DNA of 64,000 nt, from the NCBI GenBank assembly GCA_965113315.1, contig OZ220365.1; one strand, 5' to 3'. Positions within the stretch are counted from its first letter, which is position 1. Each line of letters starts with the position of its first letter. The position numbers were made by a program, and so were the translations under genes. This stretch comes from Podarcis vaucheri. Taxonomy: Eukaryota. Shown here piece after piece: positions 28,216 through 36,713 of this stretch. The notes below the pieces were generated by a model. The model was not told the origin of the DNA and made no database searches. It saw only the letters and a program-made list of their open reading frames with translations.

Positions 28216-28532
28216 TTATTTACACCCCACCCAACTGGCTGGGTTTCCCCAGCCACTCTGGGCGGCTCCCAAGAGAATATTAAAAACATGATAAAAGATC
28301 AAACATTAAATCTTCCCTAAACAGGGTTGCTTTCAGATGTCATCTAAAATTCAGGTAGTTGTTTATTTCCTTGGCATCTGATGGGAGGTTCTTCCACAGG
28401 GTGGGTGCCACTACCGAGAAGTCCCTCTGCCTGGTTCCCTGTAACCTCACTTCTCGCAGGGAGGGAACTGCCAGAAGGCCCTTGGAGCTGGACCCTCTCA
28501 GTGTCCGGGTTGCACAATGGAGGTGGAGATAC
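28215..28532 (-). mobile_element. L2-clade LINE 3' fragment
   Basis: CCCAGCCACTCTGGGCGGCT 3' motif and TTCCACAGGGTGGGTGCCACTACCGAGAAG (reverse: FSVVAPTLWK), with a microsatellite tail. Confidence 0.78.
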
Positions 28533-28758
28533 TCATGTGGGATTGCAGGTTGTTCTGGAGCAGTAACACCACCATAACAGGGAATCCTTTTCTCTCATAC
28601 TCACCCAGCAGACACAAAAGGGGGGAACACGAGTAGCTCAAGCAGTTCAGGAGAAACACTGGAAGACTCAAAAGGGGAATGAGGGCCAAGCTGAGGCCCC
28701 TACATTTGGTGAAAGGAAATATTGTGTATTGTTTCAATAGAGTGGGGCAGTTACAGGA

Positions 28759-29109
28759 AAAGGTAAAGGGAACCCTGACCATTAGGTCCAGTCGTGACCG
28801 ACTCTGGGGTTGCGGCGCTCATCTCGCTTTATTGGCCAAGGGAGCCGGAGTACAGCTTCCGGGTCATATGGCCAGCATGACTAAGCCGCTTCTGGCGAAC
28901 CAGAGCAGTGCACGGAAACGCCATTTACCTTCCCGCCAGAGCTGTACCTATTTATCTACTTGCACTTTGACGTGCTTTCAAACTGCTAGGTTGGCAGGAG
29001 CAGGGACCGAGCAACGGGAGCTCACCCCGCTGCGGGGATTCGAACTGCCGACCTTCTGATTGGCAAGTCCTAGGCTCTGTGGTTTAACCCACAGCGCCAC
29101 CCGCGTCCC
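28759..29109 (-). mobile_element. Sauria SINE
   Basis: Full length. TSD core tagagtggggcagtta (16 bp; about 23 bp with 2 mismatches). Confidence 0.93.
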
Positions 29110-30622
29110 ATTAGAGTGGGGCAGTTAGAGGACATAAAAACAGGAGGAAGGAAAGCAGGAGGCAGAGAAATGAGGGGGAAGAGAGAATTAAAAAGACTAA
29201 AGCAAGTGGGGTCCACAGTACATGTCATGAGGCTGACAGTATATATGGCAGAGACAAGAGAAATTGAAAATGCAGCTTAGAAGGTGCGGAACCATACATG
29301 GAGGAAGTGAAAGAGAACCTGCCATTTGCAGGATCCTTTTGCAGTGCTTCTGTTGCATTTTTAGGGTATGAATTCTGCAGTGAGGCTCAATCCACAACTG
29401 AAGCTTTGCTTTGGCAGAGCTTGATTTAAAGTGGAGTCCAAAATAAAGACTAAAACAAAACCTTTGTAAATCTAGGATTTTTCACACTCTAACAGACAAA
29501 TCCAATTTGAAAGCAACTCATTTCTTTACGAAAGGCATTGCAATGACTGCTGCAGGCCACGGACTGAGAATATGGCTTAATTTTAGTAGCCTTTTGATAC
29601 TACACTGCTTTCTTTTGCTTGCAACCTGATACTCCAGTGAGCCAGTTGCACTGTGTTAGAAGCTTAATCCTGAAGAATGAATCCAGATCAACGTGCGAAA
29701 CTCCCATTGTTCTAGGTGCATTTTGCGACAGAGAATTTCATTAGTGCAAGCAGTTTCTGAGCTCTGGGTGCAATACTGCGCCTAAGATTTCAGATTAAAA
29801 CTGCAGAGTGGAAAGGAAGACCTTTTTCTGCCTCCCCACTTCCAACTACTCTGAAGACTGGAGAGGAAACCCTCTTAAGAATATTAGGGAGGTGGGCAGG
29901 GGAAGCAAGGCTTTGTTTTTTGCAGTCTTCAGATGAGGACTAGACCATGTGAAAAATGAATATAAGATTTTAGCTGCAGTTCATTCATTTTCAGCTTTGT
30001 ATTCTTGTTATAAAAAAGGACGCCTAGATATTCCATTGTTGTGCCAATAACCTAGGTTAAAGGAGCCATTTAGTTCCTAGCTTTCATATCTCAGTTTCTA
30101 ACACTCATCCAGATTTGACACAGCAAGTGCTCAGCCTATTGTTTAAATATTTCCAGACTAGGCTGTTTTGAACACTTTCCTACAACAATGAATGCATCAC
30201 TTTTTAAACTGACATTTAAAAGCACAGAGGGGTGCAATGAGTGAGAGCTAAAACTGTTGTGTCTCAAATATAAGTTGAAGGATGTATACCTCTTTTAGAC
30301 AAGTTTTGTGAAAAGCTCAATACATTTACCCTTGTCAGCATGCGCGTGTGTGTGTGTGTCAGAATTCTTTTATTGTAATATATAGTTGCAGTTTCTTATT
30401 TGATATTGATTATAATAGCTATGGGATTCTTTAAAAGGGCTCCTTTTATGCAGCAATTTGACTTAAAAAGAACTTGATTCCTGCTGATTATAACGAAAGT
30501 GTGATAGAAGTATTACTTCATGGCATTTACAAAAACCCTCTCCAGGTGTTCAAAGAACATGAGGGGATAAATTGTGTGCTGGCCCTGCCCAGATCTCTCT
30601 CCATGTGCCAGCCTAGACAGCT

Positions 30623-30629
<7 letters not shown>

Positions 30630-30660
<31 letters not shown>
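30630..30660. repeat. (CA)n microsatellite
   Basis: Direct tandem run. Confidence 0.95.
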
Positions 30661-30662
<2 letters not shown>

Positions 30663-30726
30663 ATGATAAATCAGATCATTAACATTACTCAGTAAAATAA
30701 AAATCTCATTTTTTTCAGAATGCCGC

Positions 30727-31179
30727 TGTCAGGGGATGATTAGCTGCTTGTGCTTAAAATTGTGCCCCCTCAGAGTTTGTGCGGCTCCACAAACCTCTGT
30801 GTGTGACAGAGCTCCTCAGACATGTCTGCTCTAGTCACTAGTAGAGTCTGACAGTGGCTGCCTGCGGAAGCGCTTCCAGCAAAGAAGTTCCTTAACGGAA
30901 ACGCGTCTCCTGGACTCACGACGTGGCAGCTTCCGGCGAAGCATGGGTCTCCCTGCAGTTGCTTCTGACACCTCCCCGCTATTTTCGCTGGAAGTGTCTC
31001 TCACCCCTTTCTCTCCCCTGCTGTTTCCTGCCTGGGCTGCTGCGTCTCTCTCAGCATTACTGAGATCCTCCTCCAGAGACCCCTCGCTCCCCCTCCTTGT
31101 CCCTGCTTTAGCTGCTGACTCTCTCCCAGTCTCTGGGAGCCCTACCACCTCCCTTTCCTCTGATGTCAGTTCCCTGACA
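30727..31179 (-). repeat. 3' LTR
   Basis: Matches 35834-36286 except G30872 vs A35979. Preceded on the minus strand by the PPT. Confidence 0.97.
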
Positions 31180-34100
31180 TCCACCTCCCCTCCAGGGCCC
31201 CCTTCTCCCCCGCCCCTACTCTCTCCTCTGGGCGGTGAGGAGCTGAAACCCCGAAAAGAATCCTCTTCATCTTCAGACGTCTCGAACATTTCCCTCCATC
31301 GGTCTTCGTTCCGACTCGCTGAATCCTCCTCCACCTCGGAATCAGAGAACCCCTCCAACTCTTCTTCTTCGTCGGTGGTGGCGAAGTATTCCCTCCGGAA
31401 CCTCGCCACTGGCTGGGGTTTTCGAGGGAATCTCTGATGAAAAGTTTCAATCAAAACCTCGTCATCTACATCCTCTGCCCTGACCCAGGTGTTTTCCGAC
31501 TCCGGCTCCCCTTCCCACATTACCAAATACTCTACTTGCTCTCCCTTCCACCTGGAATCGAGAATCTCCGCTACATGGTAGCTGTGTTCTTTTTCCTCCA
31601 TAGCTGGTCCCCTATTGACCCTCCCCTCTCTGTCCCCTATATACGGTGACAGCAACGACCTGTGGAACACTGGGTGCAACTTCATGTGGTTCGGTAACCG
31701 GAGTCTGAAAGCCACTGGGTTGACCTGTTGCGTGACTTCAAATGGGCCCAGTCTTTTGGGTCTTAACTTCTTACAACCTCCTTTAAATGGTAACCCTTGG
31801 GTGGACAGCCACACCTGGTCCCCCACCCTAATGCTTTCCCCTTCCCTTCTGGTTTTGTCTGCCTGCCTCTTATATTCCTCCTTCGCCCTGTTTAAATTAA
31901 GTTGGAGCTGGCGATGGATCGCTTCCATTTCTTCAACGAACTGTTCTGCGGCTGGAACGCTCCAGTTCTCCCCTTCCCCCCCTGGGAAGGCTCGGGGATG
32001 ACACCCGTGATTAGCCAAAAAAGGGCTCATCCCCGTGGACACGTTCTCTGCATTGTTGTAGGCAAATTCTGCCAACGCCAGCTTCTCCACCCAATCATTC
32101 TCTCTGTCATTCACATAACACCTCAAATATTGCTGGAGGACACCATTAGCTCTTTCCGCCTGCCCGTTGGTTTCTGGATGACGGGCAGTAGAGAAATTCA
32201 CCTCTACATGCAATAAGCTCATGAGCTTCCTCCAGAACCTGGAAGTAAATTGTTTCCCTCGGTCAGAAACCACCCTCAAGGGGGCGCCATGCAGCCTAAA
32301 CACATTTTCCACAAACAATTTAGCGGTTTCTTCCGCTGTGACCGCATGTGAGCAGGCTATAAAGTGGGCCATCTTGGTTAACAGGTCTACCACAACCATG
32401 ATGGCTGTTTTCCCTTTGGACCTGGGCAGATCAGTCATGAAATCTATTGCCACTGCCTCCCATGGCCTTTCCGGCGTGGGTAGTGGTTCTAATAAACCTG
32501 CCGGTGCCCGCCTCTCCCCCTTGGCTCGTTGGCATCGGTCACACCCTCTCACATATTCCCGCACATCTTCCCTGACCTTGGGCCACCAGAATTCCCTGGT
32601 AACCAGCCACATGGTTTTGTGTTGCCCAAAATGCCCTGCTGTGGGGCTATCGTGCAGTTGCTTGAGTACCTTTTCCCTCAATTCCCCTTCAGGTATGTAT
32701 AACGCTCCCTTGTAGTACAACGCCCCATCTCTCTCCTCAAAACCCCCGGGTTTGTCTCCCTCCCTCCTGAGACCCCTGAGTTTGTCCTGGGCGTATTCAT
32801 CCTGCACCGTTCCCTCTACCAGTTCCCTTTGCCCCACCAATGCCGCCCCACACACCCAGCGGTCCTCGGGAATGACATGGGTCTCTTCGGGTGCACCCTC
32901 TCCCTCCAAATATTCAGGTTTGCGTGAGAGAGCGTCCGCCCTAACGTTCTCCGGGCCTGGTACGTAACAAATCTCAAAGTTAAATTTGGAGAACTCCTGG
33001 GCCCATCTCAACTGCCGTTGGTTGAGCACTCGCGCAGTTCTCCAATACTCTAGATTCTTATGGTCCGTGCACACTTGCACCTTCTGTTGTGCACCAATTA
33101 GCAGGTGCCTCCATCTCCGGAAGGCCTCATGAATCGCAAGAAGTTCCCGGTCGTACACCGTGTAGTTCCTCTCAGATTTGTTCAGCTTTCGCGAAAAGAA
33201 GGCACACGGTCGCCACTCTGACCCCTCCTTCCCCGGCTGCAGAAGAAGCACCGCCCCTATGGCTCTGTCAGAAGCGTCTGTTTCGACCCTCAGCTTTTTT
33301 TGTAAATCCACATGTAGAAGTTGTTCATCAGAGGCGAAGGCCCTTTTCAGTTCCTCAAACACTCGCTCCGCCTCCCCCGTCCAAACAAACTTCTTTTTAC
33401 TGCTGAGACAGTCCGTGATGGGCGCCGTCAGGTGGGTGAAGTTTCGGATAAACTTACGATAAAAGTTTCCAAACCCTAGGAACCTCTGCACATCCTTCTT
33501 GGTCTTGGGTGTTTTCCATTCCAGCACCGCTTGAACTTTGCCGGGGTCCATGGCCAACCCCTTGTCTGACAAGCGGTACCCCAGGAATTCCACCTCCTTG
33601 GTATGAAACTGACACTTCTCCAGTTTCACCCACAGTCTGTTGGCTTGCAGCCTGCTCAACACTTCTCTGACGTCTCTCACATGTTGCTCCTCATTCTCCG
33701 AATACACCAACACGTCATCTAAGAAGGCCACGCAATTCTTGTAGAGCAAAGGCCCCAGTACGTGGTTCATGAAGGCTTGAAAACACGCGGAGCCTGTTTG
33801 TAATCCAAAAGGCATAACGAGGTATTCAAATGCCCCCAAAGGGGTGAACATGGTGGTCTTCCATTCATCCCCTTTCCTTATACGTATCAGGTTGTACGCC
33901 CCCCTTAGGTCCAGCTTTGTAAAAATCTTTCCTTTTCGCACCCTGGTCAAAATATCATCAATCCTGGGCATAGGAAAAGCCGCCGGCTCTGTCACTGCAT
34001 TTAGGCGCCGAAAGTCACATACCAGCCTCGGCTTGTCCGTGTTTTTTTTATCCACAAAAAACACTGGGCTACCCCCCGCTGCCTTGGACTCTCTGATGAA

Positions 34101-34835
34101 GCCTCTCTTCAGGTTCTTGTCAATGAACGCTCGCAACTCCTGCATTTCCCTGTCTGACATGGCATACAACTTGCCTACAGGAAGCTGTGCTCCAGGGAGT
34201 AAATTGATCTGGCAATCAAAGGGCCTATGCGGGGGTAGTTGGTCAGCTTCCTTCTCGCTGAACACGTCGCTGAGATCAGCATACTGTGGTGGCACCTTCC
34301 CCTTCCCCATTACTTCAGTCCCTGCTAGGGTGGCTTGGGCCCCTGCTGACCCCTTTTCCCCCCTGCAGTGTTCTAAGCAATGTGCTGAACCGAAGGAAAC
34401 CACTCTTTGATGCCAGCCCACCAGCGGATCATGTAAGGCTAGCCAGCTCATTCCCAAAATAATGGGAGCGCCTCCCAAGGTGGCCACATTAAACGCTATC
34501 AGTTCTGTGTGCCTTGCCACCCTCATTATCATTGGGACGGTCTGCAAGCTAACTCCTCCTCCCAACAGTTCCCTGCCATCGATCGTGGTCACCTGCAGGG
34601 GGTTGCTTAAAGGGATAGTCTGTATCTGATGTTCAGCAGCAAACTCCTTGCTCATAAAATTGCAGGAGCTGCCTGAGTCCAACAGCGCCTTTATTTTTAG
34701 GGGGTGTCCATTTTGCAGCTCTAGCGACACTTCAATCACTAGAGCAGGTCGAGGAGCTTCTGGCACGGGCACTTTCACTGCTCTTTGGCCTGGCTGCAGT
34801 GCCCTGACGTTGGCAACCAGGCGTTGGCTTTTACC
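30831..34835 (-). CDS. pol: Pol (protease, RT, RNase H, integrase, chromodomain, acidic/basic tail), expressed as Gag-Pol by -1 frameshift
   Basis: Motifs: LLDSGS (PR); KLDLRGAY, MPFGL and FLDD (RT); TDAS, RELLAI and TDHKNL (RH); HDSPTAGH..CDRC, AIDF, SDRG, QAER and LGPF (IN); YHVAEILD..YLVMWEG..NTW (chromo). The frame is open from about 34862 and the start given is the inferred slip site. Confidence 0.96.
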   Translation of the reverse strand, partial: GKSQRLVANVRALQPGQRAVKVPVPEAPRPALVIEVSLELQNGHPLKIKALLDSGSSCNFMSKEFAAEHQIQTIPLSNPLQVTTIDGRELLGGGVSLQTVPMIMRVARHTELIAFNVATLGGAPIILGMSWLALHDPLVGWHQRVVSFGSAHCLEHCRGEKGSAGAQATLAGTEVMGKGKVPPQYADLSDVFSEKEADQLPPHRPFDCQINLLPGAQLPVGKLYAMSDREMQELRAFIDKNLKRGFIRESKAAGGSPVFFVDKKNTDKPRLVCDFRRLNAVTEPAAFPMPRIDDILTRVRKGKIFTKLDLRGAYNLIRIRKGDEWKTTMFTPLGAFEYLVMPFGLQTGSACFQAFMNHVLGPLLYKNCVAFLDDVLVYSENEEQHVRDVREVLSRLQANRLWVKLEKCQFHTKEVEFLGYRLSDKGLAMDPGKVQAVLEWKTPKTKKDVQRFLGFGNFYRKFIRNFTHLTAPITDCLSSKKKFVWTGEAERVFEELKRAFASDEQLLHVDLQKKLRVETDASDRAIGAVLLLQPGKEGSEWRPCAFFSRKLNKSERNYTVYDRELLAIHEAFRRWRHLLIGAQQKVQVCTDHKNLEYWRTARVLNQRQLRWAQEFSKFNFEICYVPGPENVRADALSRKPEYLEGEGAPEETHVIPEDRWVCGAALVGQRELVEGTVQDEYAQDKLRGLRREGDKPGGFEERDGALYYKGALYIPEGELREKVLKQLHDSPTAGHFGQHKTMWLVTREFWWPKVREDVREYVRGCDRCQRAKGERRAPAGLLEPLPTPERPWEAVAIDFMTDLPRSKGKTAIMVVVDLLTKMAHFIACSHAVTAEETAKLFVENVFRLHGAPLRVVSDRGKQFTSRFWRKLMSLLHVEVNFSTARHPETNGQAERANGVLQQYLRCYVNDRENDWVEKLALAEFAYNNAENVSTGMSPFLANHGCHPRAFPGGEGENWSVPAAEQFVEEMEAIHRQLQLNLNRAKEEYKRQADKTRREGESIRVGDQVWLSTQGLPFKGGCKKLRPKRLGPFEVTQQVNPVAFRLRLPNHMKLHPVFHRSLLSPYIGDREGRVNRGPAMEEKEHSYHVAEILDSRWKGEQVEYLVMWEGEPESENTWVRAEDVDDEVLIETFHQRFPRKPQPVARFRREYFATTDEEEELEGFSDSEVEEDSASRNEDRWREMFETSEDEEDSFRGFSSSPPRGESRGGGEGGPGGEVDVRELTSEEREVVGLPETGRESAAKAGTRRGSEGSLEEDLSNAERDAAAQAGNSRGEKGVRDTSSENSGEVSEATAGRPMLRRKLPRRESRRRVSVKELLCWKRFRRQPLSDSTSD
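31180..31216 (-). other. Polypurine tract
   Basis: Minus strand GGGGCGGGGGAGAAGGGGGCCCTGGAGGGGAGGTGGA lies immediately before the 3' LTR TG. Confidence 0.85.
34767..34835 (-). promoter_or_regulatory. -1 ribosomal frameshift signal (slippery heptamer plus H-type pseudoknot)
   Basis: G_GUA_AAA in the gag frame, 6-nt spacer, stem 1 GCCUGGUUGC/GCAGCCAGGC, stem 2 GGGCACU/AGUGCCC. pol is in the -1 frame. Confidence 0.82.
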
Positions 34836-35788
34836 TGCTCCGTTTCTCCCTGCTCTCCCCCCTCAACTGCTCCCACCATCCCTTGCCATTCCTTCCTCTG
34901 GGGGCAGACTCTGGCAAAGTGGCCTGGCTGTTGGCAGAGATAGCATTTCCGGGCTCCCTTTCCCTCCTTCTTCGCCCCCTCACTGGGCTTTGAAACTGCG
35001 CGCGCGCGGGCTGTTCCGATTTCCATCGGCTCTGCCGGCGGGAAAGCTGGCTCAGGAATGTCTGGAATGCGTAACTCCTTCCAACGTTCCCCTCTCCCTT
35101 CCCGCCTCTCCAAGGCTCTTGCCTCCTGGCGCGCTCCAATGGTCAGCGCAGATTTGGTCAGCTGATCCATAGACACCGCCCTGGGGCTCCTGGCCAGCTC
35201 GTCTTTCACAGCTGAAGAAAGACCTTCTTCAAATAGCATCTGAATGGGTGCTGCCGATAAATCCCACCCCAATCTGTGAATCAGCATCGTAAATTCAGTC
35301 CAGTACTCACGGACAGATCTGCTTCCCTGCTTGCAAGCCATTAGCTGTCTGCGCACCACCCCTTCCTCAATATCACTGGAAAACATGATATCCATTGCAC
35401 GAAAGAATTTCATAGTGTCCTTTAGGATATCGTTGTGCGTTGCCATCAGGGGTCGAACCCAGTCCCGCGCCCCCTTCTCAAGATGCCCAATTACGAAAGC
35501 AACTCGCGATTCCTCATCAGGGAACTCATCAAACTGCACATTCAGGGCATATTGCATCTCAGTCCTAAAGGCATGGTAATCCTTGGGGTCCCCCCCAAAC
35601 TTCTGCACCAATCCTGGTACCTTTCTGGGGAACTGAGTGGTTCTCCCCTTTTTGTCAGCATCCTGAGCCCTTCTCTCCTCGAGCCTCGCCGTCTGCAGCG
35701 CAAGTTGGACCTCCAGAGCTTGATACCTTTCTTCCAAGCTTGGACCAGCTCCAACCCCTGCCTCTCCGGTTCCGGCTGGGTTGCTCAT
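34775..35788 (-). CDS. gag: Gag (capsid plus CCHC zinc knuckle), 337 aa from the first ATG
   Basis: KFGGDP..F, VAFVIGHL..GARDW and KQGSRSVREY (retrotransposon CA), EPMEIG, and CYLCQQPGHFARVC. Layout is PEG10/sushi-like. Confidence 0.95.
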   Translation of the reverse strand: MSNPAGTGEAGVGAGPSLEERYQALEVQLALQTARLEERRAQDADKKGRTTQFPRKVPGLVQKFGGDPKDYHAFRTEMQYALNVQFDEFPDEESRVAFVIGHLEKGARDWVRPLMATHNDILKDTMKFFRAMDIMFSSDIEEGVVRRQLMACKQGSRSVREYWTEFTMLIHRLGWDLSAAPIQMLFEEGLSSAVKDELARSPRAVSMDQLTKSALTIGARQEARALERREGRGERWKELRIPDIPEPAFPPAEPMEIGTARARAVSKPSEGAKKEGKGARKCYLCQQPGHFARVCPQRKEWQGMVGAVEGGEQGETEQVKANAWLPTSGHCSQAKEQ

Positions 35789-35820
35789 GATGCTTTCTCC
35801 TGCACAGGCAGCGTACAAAG

Positions 35821-35831
35821 ACTGTCAGACT
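35821..35831 (-). promoter_or_regulatory. Primer-binding site, self-priming type
   Basis: AGTCTGACAGT starts 2 nt after the 5' LTR, has no TGG, and is perfectly complementary to ACTGTCAGACT within the LTR (35952-35962). Confidence 0.8.
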
Positions 35832-35833
35832 GC

Positions 35834-36286
35834 TGTCAGGGGATGATTAGCTGCTTGTGCTTAAAATTGTGCCCCCTCAGAGTTTGTGCGGCTCCACAAA
35901 CCTCTGTGTGTGACAGAGCTCCTCAGACATGTCTGCTCTAGTCACTAGTAGAGTCTGACAGTGGCTGCCTGCGGAAGCACTTCCAGCAAAGAAGTTCCTT
36001 AACGGAAACGCGTCTCCTGGACTCACGACGTGGCAGCTTCCGGCGAAGCATGGGTCTCCCTGCAGTTGCTTCTGACACCTCCCCGCTATTTTCGCTGGAA
36101 GTGTCTCTCACCCCTTTCTCTCCCCTGCTGTTTCCTGCCTGGGCTGCTGCGTCTCTCTCAGCATTACTGAGATCCTCCTCCAGAGACCCCTCGCTCCCCC
36201 TCCTTGTCCCTGCTTTAGCTGCTGACTCTCTCCCAGTCTCTGGGAGCCCTACCACCTCCCTTTCCTCTGATGTCAGTTCCCTGACA
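35834..36286 (-). repeat. 5' LTR
   Basis: 453 bp, TG...CA, upstream of gag. Confidence 0.97.
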
Positions 36287-36581
36287 GCCTCTGTTGAGCA
36301 GGATGAGCACACAGAAACCTTCCCCAGACCTCTCACTTGCACTGTGTTTTGGAAAAAGTAATAAAAAGAAAATATCAGGCTGCTTGGAAGATACTCCCAC
36401 TGTTTCTTACATTCTCCAAACTACAGAACAAATGGTAAGAGATCCCTGTTTCCAAAGCTCTCCCATGCAAAGCGATTCATAGGAGAGGGCAGCATTTGCA
36501 GAATCCTGCCTACTGTATAGTATACCTAACATAATAGTTTATCCAGCCCTGTAGGGAAAAATACGATTACCATATATCATG

Positions 36582-36713
36582 TGTAGTGAACATTTGGCCC
36601 TCTAGATGTTGCTACTACAACTCATAGCATTCCGGGCCATTGGCTGTACTTACTGGGGCTGATGGGATTCATTGTTCAGCAACATCAAGAGGACCACAGG
36701 TTCCTCACATCTG
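36582..36713. mobile_element. Old hAT-type palindromic MITE
   Basis: GGCCCTCTAGATGTTG..CTACAACTC ... GCAACATCAAGAGGACCAC, a degenerate relative of 59685-59820. Confidence 0.55.

Larger units (their letters stand above)
30727..36286 (-). mobile_element. Full-length Ty3/Gypsy LTR retrotransposon, chromovirus of the Tf1/sushi group
   Basis: Two 453-bp LTRs (TG...CA, 8-bp terminal IR TGTCAGGG), uninterrupted gag and pol in PR-RT-RH-IN-chromo order, a PPT, 5-bp flanks gccgc/gcctc, and no env. Confidence 0.98.

Noticed and set aside
35810-35833. tRNA primer-binding site
   Set aside because: No TGG start and no tRNA 3' end that I recognise. Self-complementarity with the LTR explains it better.
30943-35941. 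Multiple plus-strand ORFs of 100-190 aa within the retrotransposon
   Set aside because: These are antisense shadows of the GC-rich gag/pol with no recognisable domains. No env-like ORF is present.
35938-36342. 134-aa ORF over the 5' LTR as a separate gene
   Set aside because: It is the LTR copy of the Pol tail, opened by a chance non-ATG start in flanking DNA.
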